From Chlorokybus atmophyticus (taxonomy: Eukaryota; Plantae; Mesostigma and Chlorokybus algae): a DNA stretch of 64,000 nt. The notes beneath the pieces were generated by a model. That model had not been told where the DNA came from. It saw only the letters and a list, made by a program, of their open reading frames with translations, and made no database searches. Numbering within the stretch: the stretch's first letter is position 1; every line of letters starts with the position of its first letter. The stretch is from the NCBI GenBank assembly GCA_009103225.1, contig RHPI01003516.1, forward strand, positions 148,062 to 212,061, given 5' to 3'. Made by a program: the position numbers and the translations under genes. Positions 23,101 to 33,757 of this stretch are shown here, one piece after another.

Positions 23101-26100
23101 GGGAGCCAGGGAGGGGCTACCTTACACCACAAGGGTGTACACAAAGAGATGGAGCAGGACTGGTTGGAGAGCAACAACTACGCACTGCTCTGTTGCGACA
23201 AGCAACCATGCTGCATCGTCAAGAAGGCATCGGACTCAGGCAGATGCTTGGGATGGGAGACAATGGCAACGCGGCACGCGCACGGTTAGTGACGTGGCTG
23301 GTCACCAACCATCCCGCAGTCCCGTTGTTCGCTTTCGGCGCCAGAATAGCGTGGGTGGACGCATTCCTTCGCTCCATACGGCAAGCCTATGATGAAGTGG
23401 CTTCCGCCACCACTGACACTCTGGAGGGAGCTCTGGAGGCGATATTGAGTTTGCCAGGAGTGGAGGCAGGACGTCAGCGCAGGCGCATCGCCGCTGCTTA
23501 CGAGCAGCATGTCCAACAGCCAGAGACCCGCCTCACTGTACGCACACGAGCAATAACAGTGCTGGAAGTGGGAGTGGTCAACGGCAGATGGGATGCTTAC
23601 ATGGCAGGGATCCTCAGGGTGCCCACCATCACCCACGACATGAGAGCGCGGCTCCTACGCGCAGTGTACCTGCAGCCCATGCCTCAGAACCATCGCTATA
23701 TAGACGTGGACAACAATGCGACGGCTACATGGGAAGGTACACTAGTCAGAGAGGCAGCCCATGCTGTGCGATGGACCTATGCAGAGGAGCAGGCTGCACG
23801 AGAGGCAGTCCCGCAAACACCAGGTCCTCCAGGGTTCCCGCCACAGCCACTGGCCACACCTCCTGGTATGACAACAGCTGCACAGAGGGTCAACCCTCCT
23901 GCACCTCCACTTGGACAGGTTGCAGCAGCACCTCCTGTGCCTAGGCCACCACGCGTGTACCAGCAACCGCGACAAGGACGGTTTGGACAAAGCCGAGGAC
24001 AAGGAGGCCCACAAGATCCATCAGGCAGAGGAGCCCTGGCTGCCCTACGGTCAGGCCCCGCAGATGAGAATAAAGCAACAGTCTCTCCACGCAAGAGGTT
24101 CCGTCGCTTCAAGAGGCTGCGCATCAACGCCAATGCAGCCATGATCGCCAACCAAGGCAAGCACGTGACCGTCAATGGGCGGGCACCCAAACGCGTGATG
24201 CTGGACACTGGAGCACAGCCTGTCATCATTGGGCGCTATCTCGCACGAGATCTCGGCATCACCAGCGCTGAGCTGCTTCCCTGTCCCTACCAGCTGGACA
24301 CTGCAACCGGCAACCGCGACAAGGTGCTCGGCCTTACCAAGCAGGCTGTGAGCATCCGCCTCACAGGACTAAACCCTTCCCACAGCACCGAGATTGTACA
24401 ACGGTGTGTGGTCACCGATGCCGGGTCCTTTGACCTACTGCTGGGACAGGACTGCAACTTCCCTGTCGGCATGGGGATGGACTGCTGGATTGAGCAGGCA
24501 TGGTTTCGATCGCATTGGGATGAGGACGATGAAGAGGAGCAGGGATTCCTACCTCTCGAACTGGTGGCCAAGGCCCGCTCGCAACGAAGATCGGCCGCAG
24601 CAGCCACCTACAGTTCTACAAAACGCTCACGTGTGCCTCGTGCCCGAACGCAGCCAAGGACAACTGCAACAAGCTCGAGCCCGAGCCTAAACGCTGGAGG
24701 GGCCTCTCCTACACCGTACGATGAGTTTCAAGAGACTGTCACCAAAGAAGTGGCCTTTCAGGAGCCATCCGAGCGTCGCTGGAGCGCACAAGTAGCAGCA
24801 CACATGCTGCTGACCAGGCCTCAGCTCACTGCACACTTCCCTGTCTACAAAGACCAGGCTACAGTGCAGGAGCAGTACCACATAGCTACGGGAGTTGTGG
24901 AGTTCCACATGTTCCGCCAACAACAAGGCATCACCGTGCTGGAGCTGTTCGGAGGCATAGGCAGTGGGCTTGCGGCGGTCCTCAACACAGGAACAACAAT
25001 CACCAAGTACCTCTACTGTGACCCTGACCCTCATGCACAGGAGGCTCTGAGCCATCATATACGACAGCTGCACCAGCGCTACCCGCAGCAGCTACCACTG
25101 TCGGCACTGCAAGGGAGCCAGAAGGCTCTACCACAGGACATCCGCTAGATTACCAAGGATCACCTGCAGGCAGTCGGCAACGTTGATCTGCTGATAGCAG
25201 GATGGGAGTGTCAAGGGCACTCCAGGGCAGGCAGAGGCCAAGGGCTCTCTGATCCTCGCTCACAGCTGTTTTGGGAGCTAATGAGAGTCATCAAACTCCT
25301 ACAGACCAGTCAGATCGCTAGGCCCTTGGGGTACATCATCGAGAATGTGCACTCCGAGGATGACAAGCGGCATCACGTCGCTAAGGCCTATCGACAAGTA
25401 TGCTCCTTGCTGGGGCATCCTCTCATAATCAACGCCGCGCGTCATGGATCTCGCGCACACCGCGTCCGCGCCAAGTGGACCAACCTGGCCATTGTGGAGG
25501 ACCTGTTTCTGGCAGAATACCTATACAGCAATCGGCCACGAAATCTCGTCGTCAATGACATCCTGGACCCTGGACGCACAGCGCAACCAGTCACACGCCG
25601 TGACCGCCACCACTTCTACTAGTGCAACCAGCCTGGTCAGCCGCGCCGCGCACTACCCACGCTTGTATCCTATCCAAACTCCTACACGTTCCGCAATGGA
25701 GGCGACGGCATGGTGTTGGACTCAAACACTGGATAGCTGGAAGAACCCAATGCCCGCGAGCGCGAGCGTGCTATGGGATTCTTTCCAGGCAGCATCACAG
25801 GCTCCACGCTGACAACCAGTCAACAGTGTCAGTTGTTAGGGCGCGCCATGGATCAGAACAGCATGGTGTGGTACTTGGAAATGTGCTTTGCTCTTTAGGA
25901 CCGCCATGTGTCCTTCCAGGAGCTCGAACACCTGGCTGGGGGGTGGATTAATCGCTTTTCAGAGACCAAAGCAGCACACACCGCCCTCGAGACCGCCCAC
26001 ATGGAGGAGCAGGCAGCAGTCACTGTGGTAGACATTCCAGTGGTCGCTAACGCTACCTCGTGGTCCCACGCCATTGGACCGCTGGCCATAGGCCAGACTC

Positions 26101-27398
26101 GAGAACAACTCGAGGCTCTCCTCAACAAGTGGAGGAGCCAATTCAGCTTCAGTGTGAAGGAGCTGGGCATCTGCTCAGCATACCAGATGGACATTGAACT
26201 AGTGGACACCGAACCGGTGTTCAGAAGACAGTACCGCCTCTCCAAGCTAGAAGAAGACTTGGTGGAACAGAGGTGCAAGGCGCTGCTAGATGCAGGCCTG
26301 ATCGAGGAGTCCACATCGGACTTTGCGGCCGCGACCGTCATGCCCCTGAAGAAAGATTCAGCAGGCAACTGGACAGACCGGCGCATGTGTGGCGACTATC
26401 GCCCCCTCAACAACAAGACCAAGCAGGACAGGTATCCAATGCCTACCGCAGAAGGCATCTTTTACGATGTAGGAGAATGCACGGTCTTTAGTATCCTGGA
26501 TATGCGCCAAGGGTACAACCAGATCGCCATCAAGGAGGAGGACAAGCACAAGACTTCCTTCTGGGGAAACCGGCAGCTGTACCAGTGGAAGGTCATGCCC
26601 TTCGGACTGAAGAACGCTCCGGCCAAGTTCCAGCGCGTCATGGACAAAGCCCTCAAGGGGTTGGACTTCGCGCGCTGCTACATCGACGACATCCTCATCT
26701 TCAGTCACAGCAATGAGGAGCATCTCCAGCACATCGAAGAGGTGCTACAGAGGCTGAAGGAAGTCGGGATGACGGTGCACCCTGACAAGTGCACCTTCCT
26801 CACCCACAAGGTACCCTACCTAGGACACATGATTGTGCCCCATGGTGTGTACGTACAGCAGGCCAAAGTGGAGGCACTGGTGGCTATCCCTGCCCCCACA
26901 GACCTCACGCGGCTGCGGGCCTTCTTCGGCCTTGCCAACTATTACCGCCGATTTGTCAAGGACTTTGCCAAGATCGCGAGGCCTCTCAACGAACTACTGA
27001 AGAAGGACACCGAGTTCTTGTGGAAGGAGGCACAACAGGAGGCCTTTCAGGAGCTGAAGCTCCGCCTCACCACAGCTCGCATTCTGCAACGCCCTGACTA
27101 CACCAGGTTGTTCATCCTGCACACAGACTGGAGCAAGCTCGGCATGGGGGCCGTGCTCGTACAGCATGACAACAACAAGAAGGAGCGCGTAGTGTCGTAC
27201 GCCAGCCGCAGCAACAACAGTGCTGAGGCCAACTACAGCAGCTACGAAGGGGAGTGTCTCGCCGCAGTGTGGGCCATCTCCTGCTTCCGACCCTTCCTGT
27301 TGGAACGGCAGTTCCAACTGGTTACTGACCATCAACCCCTCAAGTGGCTAATGAACAACCAGCACTTGACAGGAAAGTTAGCACGATGGGCGCTGCTG
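20169..27398 (+). pseudogene. gag-pol: Single-frame polyprotein: Gag (2 CCHC knuckles) - aspartic protease - DNMT3-like C5 MTase - RT - RNase H
   Basis: ORFs 20169, 23028, 25281 and 25908 share one frame. Six in-frame stops (22734, 22953, 25146, 25620, 25734, 25896) and no frameshift. CHRCGRHGHYQKEC, CDHCHKTGHLESVC, VMLDTGA, RMCGDYRPLN, YIDDILIFS, TDWSKLGMG. Confidence 0.92.
24930..25870 (+). other. DNMT3-like cytosine-5 methyltransferase domain within the Gypsy polyprotein
   Basis: I: VLELFGGIG; IV: DLLIAGWECQGHS; V: DPRSQLFWE; VI: YIIENV; VIII: SRAHRVRAKWTNL; IX: ERERAMGF; X: QLLGRAM. Confidence 0.9.
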
Positions 27399-27839
27399 TG
27401 TTGTCTATCAGAGCTAAGCAGTGTTGAACGTGCTACAACACTAAGCCTATCTCACACACACGAGCATGCACAGCAGCAGCTTGCACACGTAAGGTATGCA
27501 ATGTGGATCATTAACTCTGGCCCGGCACACTCAATATATAGTCCTAGCCACTATCTAACCAGATGTACACAAGAGTTCCTATTGGTTATACTAGCTATGA
27601 CAGCCTGTGCTAGCAGACAAAGGACTCTCCTATCTAGGACCTTCTAGCGCCGCCAGAGATCTGCTGCATTGATATCGATGCCACACCTTCAGTCTTGCAG
27701 ATATCTCCTACTGACAGTCAGGGACTGTCAATGTAGGCGACTGTCAATCCAGGGGCTGTCAATGTAGGCGACTGTCAATGCAAAGGGGCTGTCCAAGCTG
27801 ACTGTAGCTGGTGAGGACAGTCGGGGCTGTCCTCCAACA
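27399..27839 (-). repeat. Copia 3' LTR (441 bp)
   Basis: By eye identical to the 5' LTR except for one substitution near the start and one extra 33-bp repeat unit. Confidence 0.95.
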
Positions 27840-27879
27840 CTCCCACGCAGGCAGCTTGACAGTCTTCATGCTTGGACCT

Positions 27880-30800
27880 TCACTTGATGCCAAGCCCTGT
27901 GCAGCAACCCTTGAACTTGGATGGGGGAAGCGTCTTGGTCATGCAGTCCGCCAACATTGCCTCGGTGTTGCAGTAGACAAATTCCACCTCCCTCCGTGCT
28001 ACACGCTCACGCACAAAGTGATGCATAACATCAATGTGCTTTGAGCGAACAGATGCAATGGGATGTTTCAGCAACTTGATTGCTCCCTGATTGTCACAGT
28101 TGATGATGATTGTGGATGCCTTGTAGCCCAGGTCTGCTACCAGCTTGCGAAGCCACAGTCCTTCCTTGACAGCCTGTGATGCAGCCATGTACTCCGCTTC
28201 GGCTGTTGATGCTGCCACAGTGGGTTGTAGCTTGCTACTCCAGCTCACAACTCCACCATTCACCAAGAAAGTATAGCCCGTGGTTGACTTCCTTGTGTCC
28301 AAATCTCCAGCGTAGTCAGCATCGCAGTAGCCATGCAATGCAGTGTCTCCTCCTCCATACGTGATGCCGACAATAGGTGTGCCAGCAACGTAGCGAAGAA
28401 CGCCCTTGGCAGTCTTCCAATGCTCCATGGTTGGTGCGGACATGTGCTGTGCTAGAACTCCAACAGCAAATGCAATATCCGGCCTAGTGCTAACTGATAG
28501 GTATAGCAAACTCCCTACCAGCTCTCCATATGGGTAGGTAGCCTTGTCTGACAGTCCCTCTCCGTCGACAGCCCTGCTCATCCGTGCTCCAACAGCCATA
28601 GGAACCGACTTGTACTTGGCCTCCTGTAGCCCAAACTTGTCCGCCAACTTTAACACCATCTGCTCCTGGCTGATGTTGACAGTCTTGCGCTCCCTGTCCC
28701 TCGAAATTACCATGCCAAGAAAATACTTGGCCTCTCCCAGATCTCTAGTGTTGAAGGTCTTCATGAGCGACTCTTTGACGTTGCTCACCTCCTTCATCTC
28801 CCTTGCAGCAACGAGAATATCATCCACATACACAAGAAGCCAGACCTCCTTATTCGGGTGGATGAACAGGCCTGGGTCAGCTCCGGATGCGGTGAAACCC
28901 AGTCCCTCAAGCTCCTTGCTCAGACGAATGTGCCACACCCTGGGTGCTTGCTTCAAGCCGTAGAGCGCCTTCACTAACTTGCAAGCAGTCTTCGGTCCTC
29001 CCTCTTGATAGCCCTTGGGCTGAATGTAGATTTCCTCCTCAAGTTCGCCATAAAGGAAGGCTGTCTTCACATCCAAGTGATGCAACTCCAAGTCCTCAGC
29101 TACAACGAGAGCAAGCATGGTGCGGAACGTCACATGCTTACTAGCAGGTGCGAAGACCTCGTTGAAGTCGATACCTTCTTGTTGCAGGAAGCCCTTCGCC
29201 ACCAGCCTTGCCTTGTATCTCTCGATGTTGCCGTTGCCGTCACGCTTGATCTTGTATACCCACTTGACTGGGATAGGCTTGACTCCATGAGGTACCTTCT
29301 CCAATGTCCAGGTATGGTTGGCATGCAGTGATGCCATCTCCTCATCCATTGCTTGTTGCCACATCTCTGCGTCAGAGCCTTTGAGCGCCTCTTCATATGT
29401 GGTGGGTTCGACAGTCCCTCCCACGTTGGCGCTTGCGACCATAGCCTTGTAGAAGCCTTGTGGGTGATGTCTCCCTCTCAGGTTGTAGCCCCCTTGCTCC
29501 TCTTGCTGCTGGTCATTGTTGGGTGTGTTGGTTTTGCTGCTGTCTGCTGATGATGCGTCGGGGTCAGCTCCATATTGACAGTCCAGAAGGTTGACAGCCT
29601 GCAGGGACTGTCGGTTGGGACTGTCAATGGCAGTAGGGGCTGTCAATGAAGAATCTTGACAGGCGCCTCCTTCTTGAGCTGGTTGTGCTTGAGCGTCTTC
29701 CTTGCATTTTATCACAGTGTTTCCAGCAGCAGGTGTAGTGCCTCCCTCAGCAAAAACAACATCACGACTAATAACAATCTTGCCAGTTTCCTCCACCAGC
29801 ACGCGATAGGCTTTGCTATTGGCTTCGTAGCCAAGAAACACTCCCTTTTTGCTGGCAGGTTGCAGCTTGTTCCTCAACTGTTTCGGCACGTGTACATACG
29901 CTCGCGAGCCCCAAACCCTCAGCATTGACACGTCCGGCTGTCGACCATAGAACAGCTCCCACGGTGTCTTGGTTTCCATGCGCACTGGTGATCGGTTGCG
30001 GACATAGTTGGCAGTCAGCAATGCTTCTTTCCACCAGTGATCTTTGAGTTGAGCGTCCGTAAGCATGGCTCTCACTTTCTCCAGAAGTGTGCGATTGAGC
30101 CTCTCTGCAGCTCCGTTTTGTTGAGGTGTATATGGTGCGGTGGTTTCATGGGTCAGGCCTTTGCTTGTGAAGTATGCTTTGAGTTCGTTATTGACATACT
30201 CGCCTCCTCTGTCGGTGCGAACAGTAACTGTCTTGTGTCTTGATTGCGTCTCCAGCATAGTGAGGACCTTCTTGACAGTCCCAGCAACTTCGGACTTCAG
30301 CTTCAAGGCACAATGACAGACAGCTTGCTATAGTCGTCAAGGAAGGTGCAGAAGTACAGGCTTCCCTCTCCCTTGGCAGCAACAGGCAAAGGACCGCAGA
30401 CATCCATATGCACCAGCTCTAACACCCTCGTGCATACATGTGCTGATTGTGGGAAGGGCTGTCGATGCTGCTTGCCAAGCACACAGGCTTCACACAACAC
30501 ACCTTGCTGAGCATGGAACTCCTCCGCTTTAATGTTGATTCCTTGAACCATGTTCTTCTTCACCAGCCTTGCAAGGTTGTCGTACCCTAAATGTGAAAAA
30601 CGGCGATGCCATAGCTGAGCTGTCTCTTCCTTGGCGCGTGCAGCAAATGCGCGGCTGTCAATCTTCTCATTGACAGTTGCAGCCTCCCTAATGTGGTAGA
30701 GGTCTTCCTTGAGCGTGCTCTCCACCAAGGTGACGTCATTCTTCACAATGTAACCCTTATCACCTTCGAACACAACTTTTCCTCCACTTTTGGCAGCAAC

Positions 30801-31979
30801 TCGTACAGAGAACAGACAAGTGCCAAGCCTGGGGACGTACAGAACATCCTTGAGAAGAATGTGTGTCATTGCATTGCCAACCTTGCAATGCAGATGGACA
30901 GTCCCTCTGCCAGTAGCCTCCAGCAACTCCTGGTTGCCAAATTCCACCATGATGGGGGAGGAGAGGGATTGATAGTCCTCCATCTTGCTCTTGTTGTTGG
31001 TGAGATGACGCGTGCAGCCTGAGTCCAGGACCCATGACGAAGACGATTGAACAGCCCCTATATAGCTCAGAGCCTTGGGTTGTCTTTCAACAACTAGTGG
31101 TGCTGGAACCTTCAATTGCTCCCCTTTGCTCCGTCTACCAGAGTCTTCAACTTGTTGACAGGCTGTTTGTTGACAGCCCGTATTGACAGTCCTTGCAGCA
31201 AATGCGACAGTCTTCTCGCTTTGCTGTCCTCCTCCCTTTCTCTTCGCTTCATCACGCTGCAGTTTCCTACACTCCTTCTTCCAATGGCCCTCCTTCTTGC
31301 AATAGTGGCACGTTCCCTTCTTTCTTTGAGGACGAGAACTGCCTCCCTGTTGTTGATAGCCCTTGAAGGGTGTTGTTGCAAAAGCAACTGCATCTCCACC
31401 GCTGTCCGCCTTATTGGCCTTCCGCTGCTCTACTTGCAGCAGGTAGGGTGTCACAGCATCAAGGAGAAGCTCGGTTGATGATGACTCCAGCACTGTGACC
31501 ACCATCTCGTACTCTTCTGGCAGGCCCGCCAGGATAGCCCATACCATCTCCGTTTCTTTGACATCATGCCCAACTCCTGCAAGGTCTCGTTGCAGATCTC
31601 TTGCTCGGGCAATGTACTTGACGAGCGGCTCTCCGGGATCCTTTTTGAATGCACTGAGGTCCTTGCGTAGTTGCAGCCTCCTTGCATTGTTTCTGGCATT
31701 GAAGAAGTCCTGCAACTTCTTCCAACACTACCGACCAGTCTTGCACTCATTAATCAAGCCAAGGTGATGCTCCTTCACATGCAGGCCAATGCGTGCAAGA
31801 GCCTTCAAGCTATTCTTGGCATAAGCTGACTCTTCACCTGCCCGTGCCTCCGCTCCGTCAGGATCCACATACTCCCAGAGCTGCTTGGTAATCAGCACCA
31901 TCTTCATGCGTACACTCCATGTGTTGTAGTTGTCTAAGTCCAGCATCTCCACCATCATCTTGTCGTCACTGGTAGCCAT
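27880..31979 (-). pseudogene. gag-pol: Copia gag-pol (Gag CCHC, PR, INT, RT, RNase H) with one stop and one frameshift
   Basis: CHYCKKEGHWKKEC, WVLDSGCTRH, LWHRRFSHL, VRTDRGGEY, QNGAAERLNRT, KARLVAKGF, YVDDIL, CDADYAGD. TAG at 31728-31730; frameshift at ~30305. Confidence 0.95.
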
Positions 31980-32104
31980 GTAGCCTTCTCCTGCTCCTCG
32001 TGCAGACGGCTGTCGGCTGTCCCTCAGCTCCCACGCTGACCCAGCTAGAGATGTTGTGGTGGTCCTTAGCTAAACCTCAACCCAGCTAGTGTGGGCCCAT
32101 AACC

Positions 32105-32512
32105 TGTTGTCAATCAGAGCTAAGCAGTGTTGAACGTGCTACAACACTAAGCCTATCTCACACACACGAGCATGCACAGCAGCAGCTTGCACACGTAAGG
32201 TATGCAATGTGGATCATTAACTCTGGCCCGGCACACTCAATATATAGTCCTAGCCACTATCTAACCAGATGTACACAAGAGTTCCTATTGGTTATACTAG
32301 CTATGACAGCCTGTGCTAGCAGACAAAGGACTCTCCTATCTAGGACCTTCTAGCGCCGCCAGAGATCTGCTGCATTGATATCGATGCCACACCTTCAGTC
32401 TTGCAGATATCTCCTACTGACAGTCAGGGACTGTCAATGTAGGCGACTGTCAATCCAGGGGCTGTCCAAGCTGACTGTAGCTGGTGAGGACAGTCGGGGC
32501 TGTCCTCCAACA
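32105..32512 (-). repeat. Copia 5' LTR (408 bp)
   Basis: TGTTG...CAACA; PBS adjacent. Confidence 0.95.
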
Positions 32513-32517
32513 TGCTG

Positions 32518-33756
32518 CTCCAGGAGTACGACTTCGAGGTGGAACACCGCGCAGGCCTTGCCAACCAGGATGCGGATGGCCTCAGCCGTAACCCCCACCT
32601 CAGCACCAACGACGCCACAGGCGCCCGACATGAGTTGGGTCCTACAGCTGCACCTTCAGGTGTGGCCACCATGTTCGCTGTTGCTGCGCTACGCTCGGGA
32701 CGCAGGACTCAGACCGCTGAGGCAGCAGCAGACGGGGACATGCCCGCTCTCGAGCCCGCCATCACCACCACCGATCCTTTATCAGACGAAGCAATCGCTG
32801 CCGACCCTGAGGTGGATGATGAGGAGCTGGCACCCACCGACACACAACAAGACATCTGGCTGGACGAGCCATCCCTCGCACGGCTTCAGACTGGACAACT
32901 TCCAGCAGGCATGAGCGCACGCAAGAAGGACCGCGTCCGACAACGCACTCAGCGTTACCGCTGGGCCAACGACAGGCTGTATCGACGGATACAGATGCAG
33001 ATCAGGAGGTCCCCACACCAGCTGCACGTGAAGGCATCATCTCCTCCCTTCACATCGAGCTCGGGCACTTCGGTGTCAAGCGCACGGTCAGCCTGGTCAG
33101 GACCCATTACTGGTGGTATGGGGTGCACAGACAGGTGCGGGAGTTCGTCAGCAACTGTCAGCAGTGTGACATGGTTCGCGCCAGCCTCAACACGCGCAAT
33201 GCCACCTTGCATCCCCTTCCCATTTCCGGGTTGTTCTACCGCTGGGGACTGGACATCCTCGGAGACCTAGCGCCCTCAGCGCGAGGCAACCGCTACATCC
33301 TCGTCATGATCGAGCACTTCTCCAAGTGGGTGGAGCTGGTGCCCCTGCCCGACAAGAGCAGTGAGGGAGTAGCCCAGGCTTTCCTCTCCCATGTACTCGG
33401 ACGTTTCGGCAGCTGCGCTGAAGTCATCACCGACCAGGGTACGGAGTTCAGAGGAGCCTTCGATAAGCTTATCGACAGATGCTTCATCGACCACCGTCGC
33501 ACCTCACGCGACCACCCGCAGGCCGACGGCCTCGCCGAGCGTACCGTGCAGACCATCAAGAAGGCACTGCGCAAGTACGTCCTTGCCTACGAGAAGAATA
33601 CCTGGGATGATCACCTCCCATGGGTAGCAATGGGCTACCGGCTGTCCAAGCAGGCAGCCCTGCGAGAGTACAGCCCATACTATCTACTGTTCGGAAGGCA
33701 GCCATTGCTCCCTTTCCGCGCACAGCAGGAGGTCGACAGAGTGGTGGACAATCTCG
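32518..33756 (+). pseudogene. pol: Continuation of the DNMT-Gypsy pol: RNase H end, linker and integrase (HHCC + DDE core)
   Basis: LQEYDFEVEHRAG, HIELGHFGVKR, CQQCD, RWGLDILG, ITDQGTEF, DGLAERTVQ; frameshift at ~32990. Confidence 0.92.
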
Positions 33757-33757
33757 N
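33757..33757. other. Single-N assembly join; 33758-33818 repeats 19244-19304
   Basis: N at 33757 separates two different elements; 61-bp overlap. Confidence 0.85.

Larger units (their letters stand above)
27399..32512 (-). mobile_element. Ty1/Copia LTR retrotransposon, full length
   Basis: LTRs at 27399-27839 and 32105-32512. TSD TGCTG at 27394-27398 and 32513-32517. PBS GGTTATGGGCCCA at 32092-32104. Removing it restores host WALLLQEYDF in frame. Confidence 0.97.
19305..33756 (+). mobile_element. Gypsy LTR retrotransposon encoding a DNMT3-like methyltransferase; 3' end lost at an assembly N
   Basis: Begins TGTCA exactly where chromovirus homology stops. Putative 5' LTR ~19305-20110, whose right boundary is uncertain. 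Polyprotein order gag-PR-DNMT-RT-RH-INT. Confidence 0.9.

Noticed and set aside
33556-33757. C-terminal tail of the 1156-aa pol ORF
   Set aside because: Read-through across the N into the antisense strand of a different element
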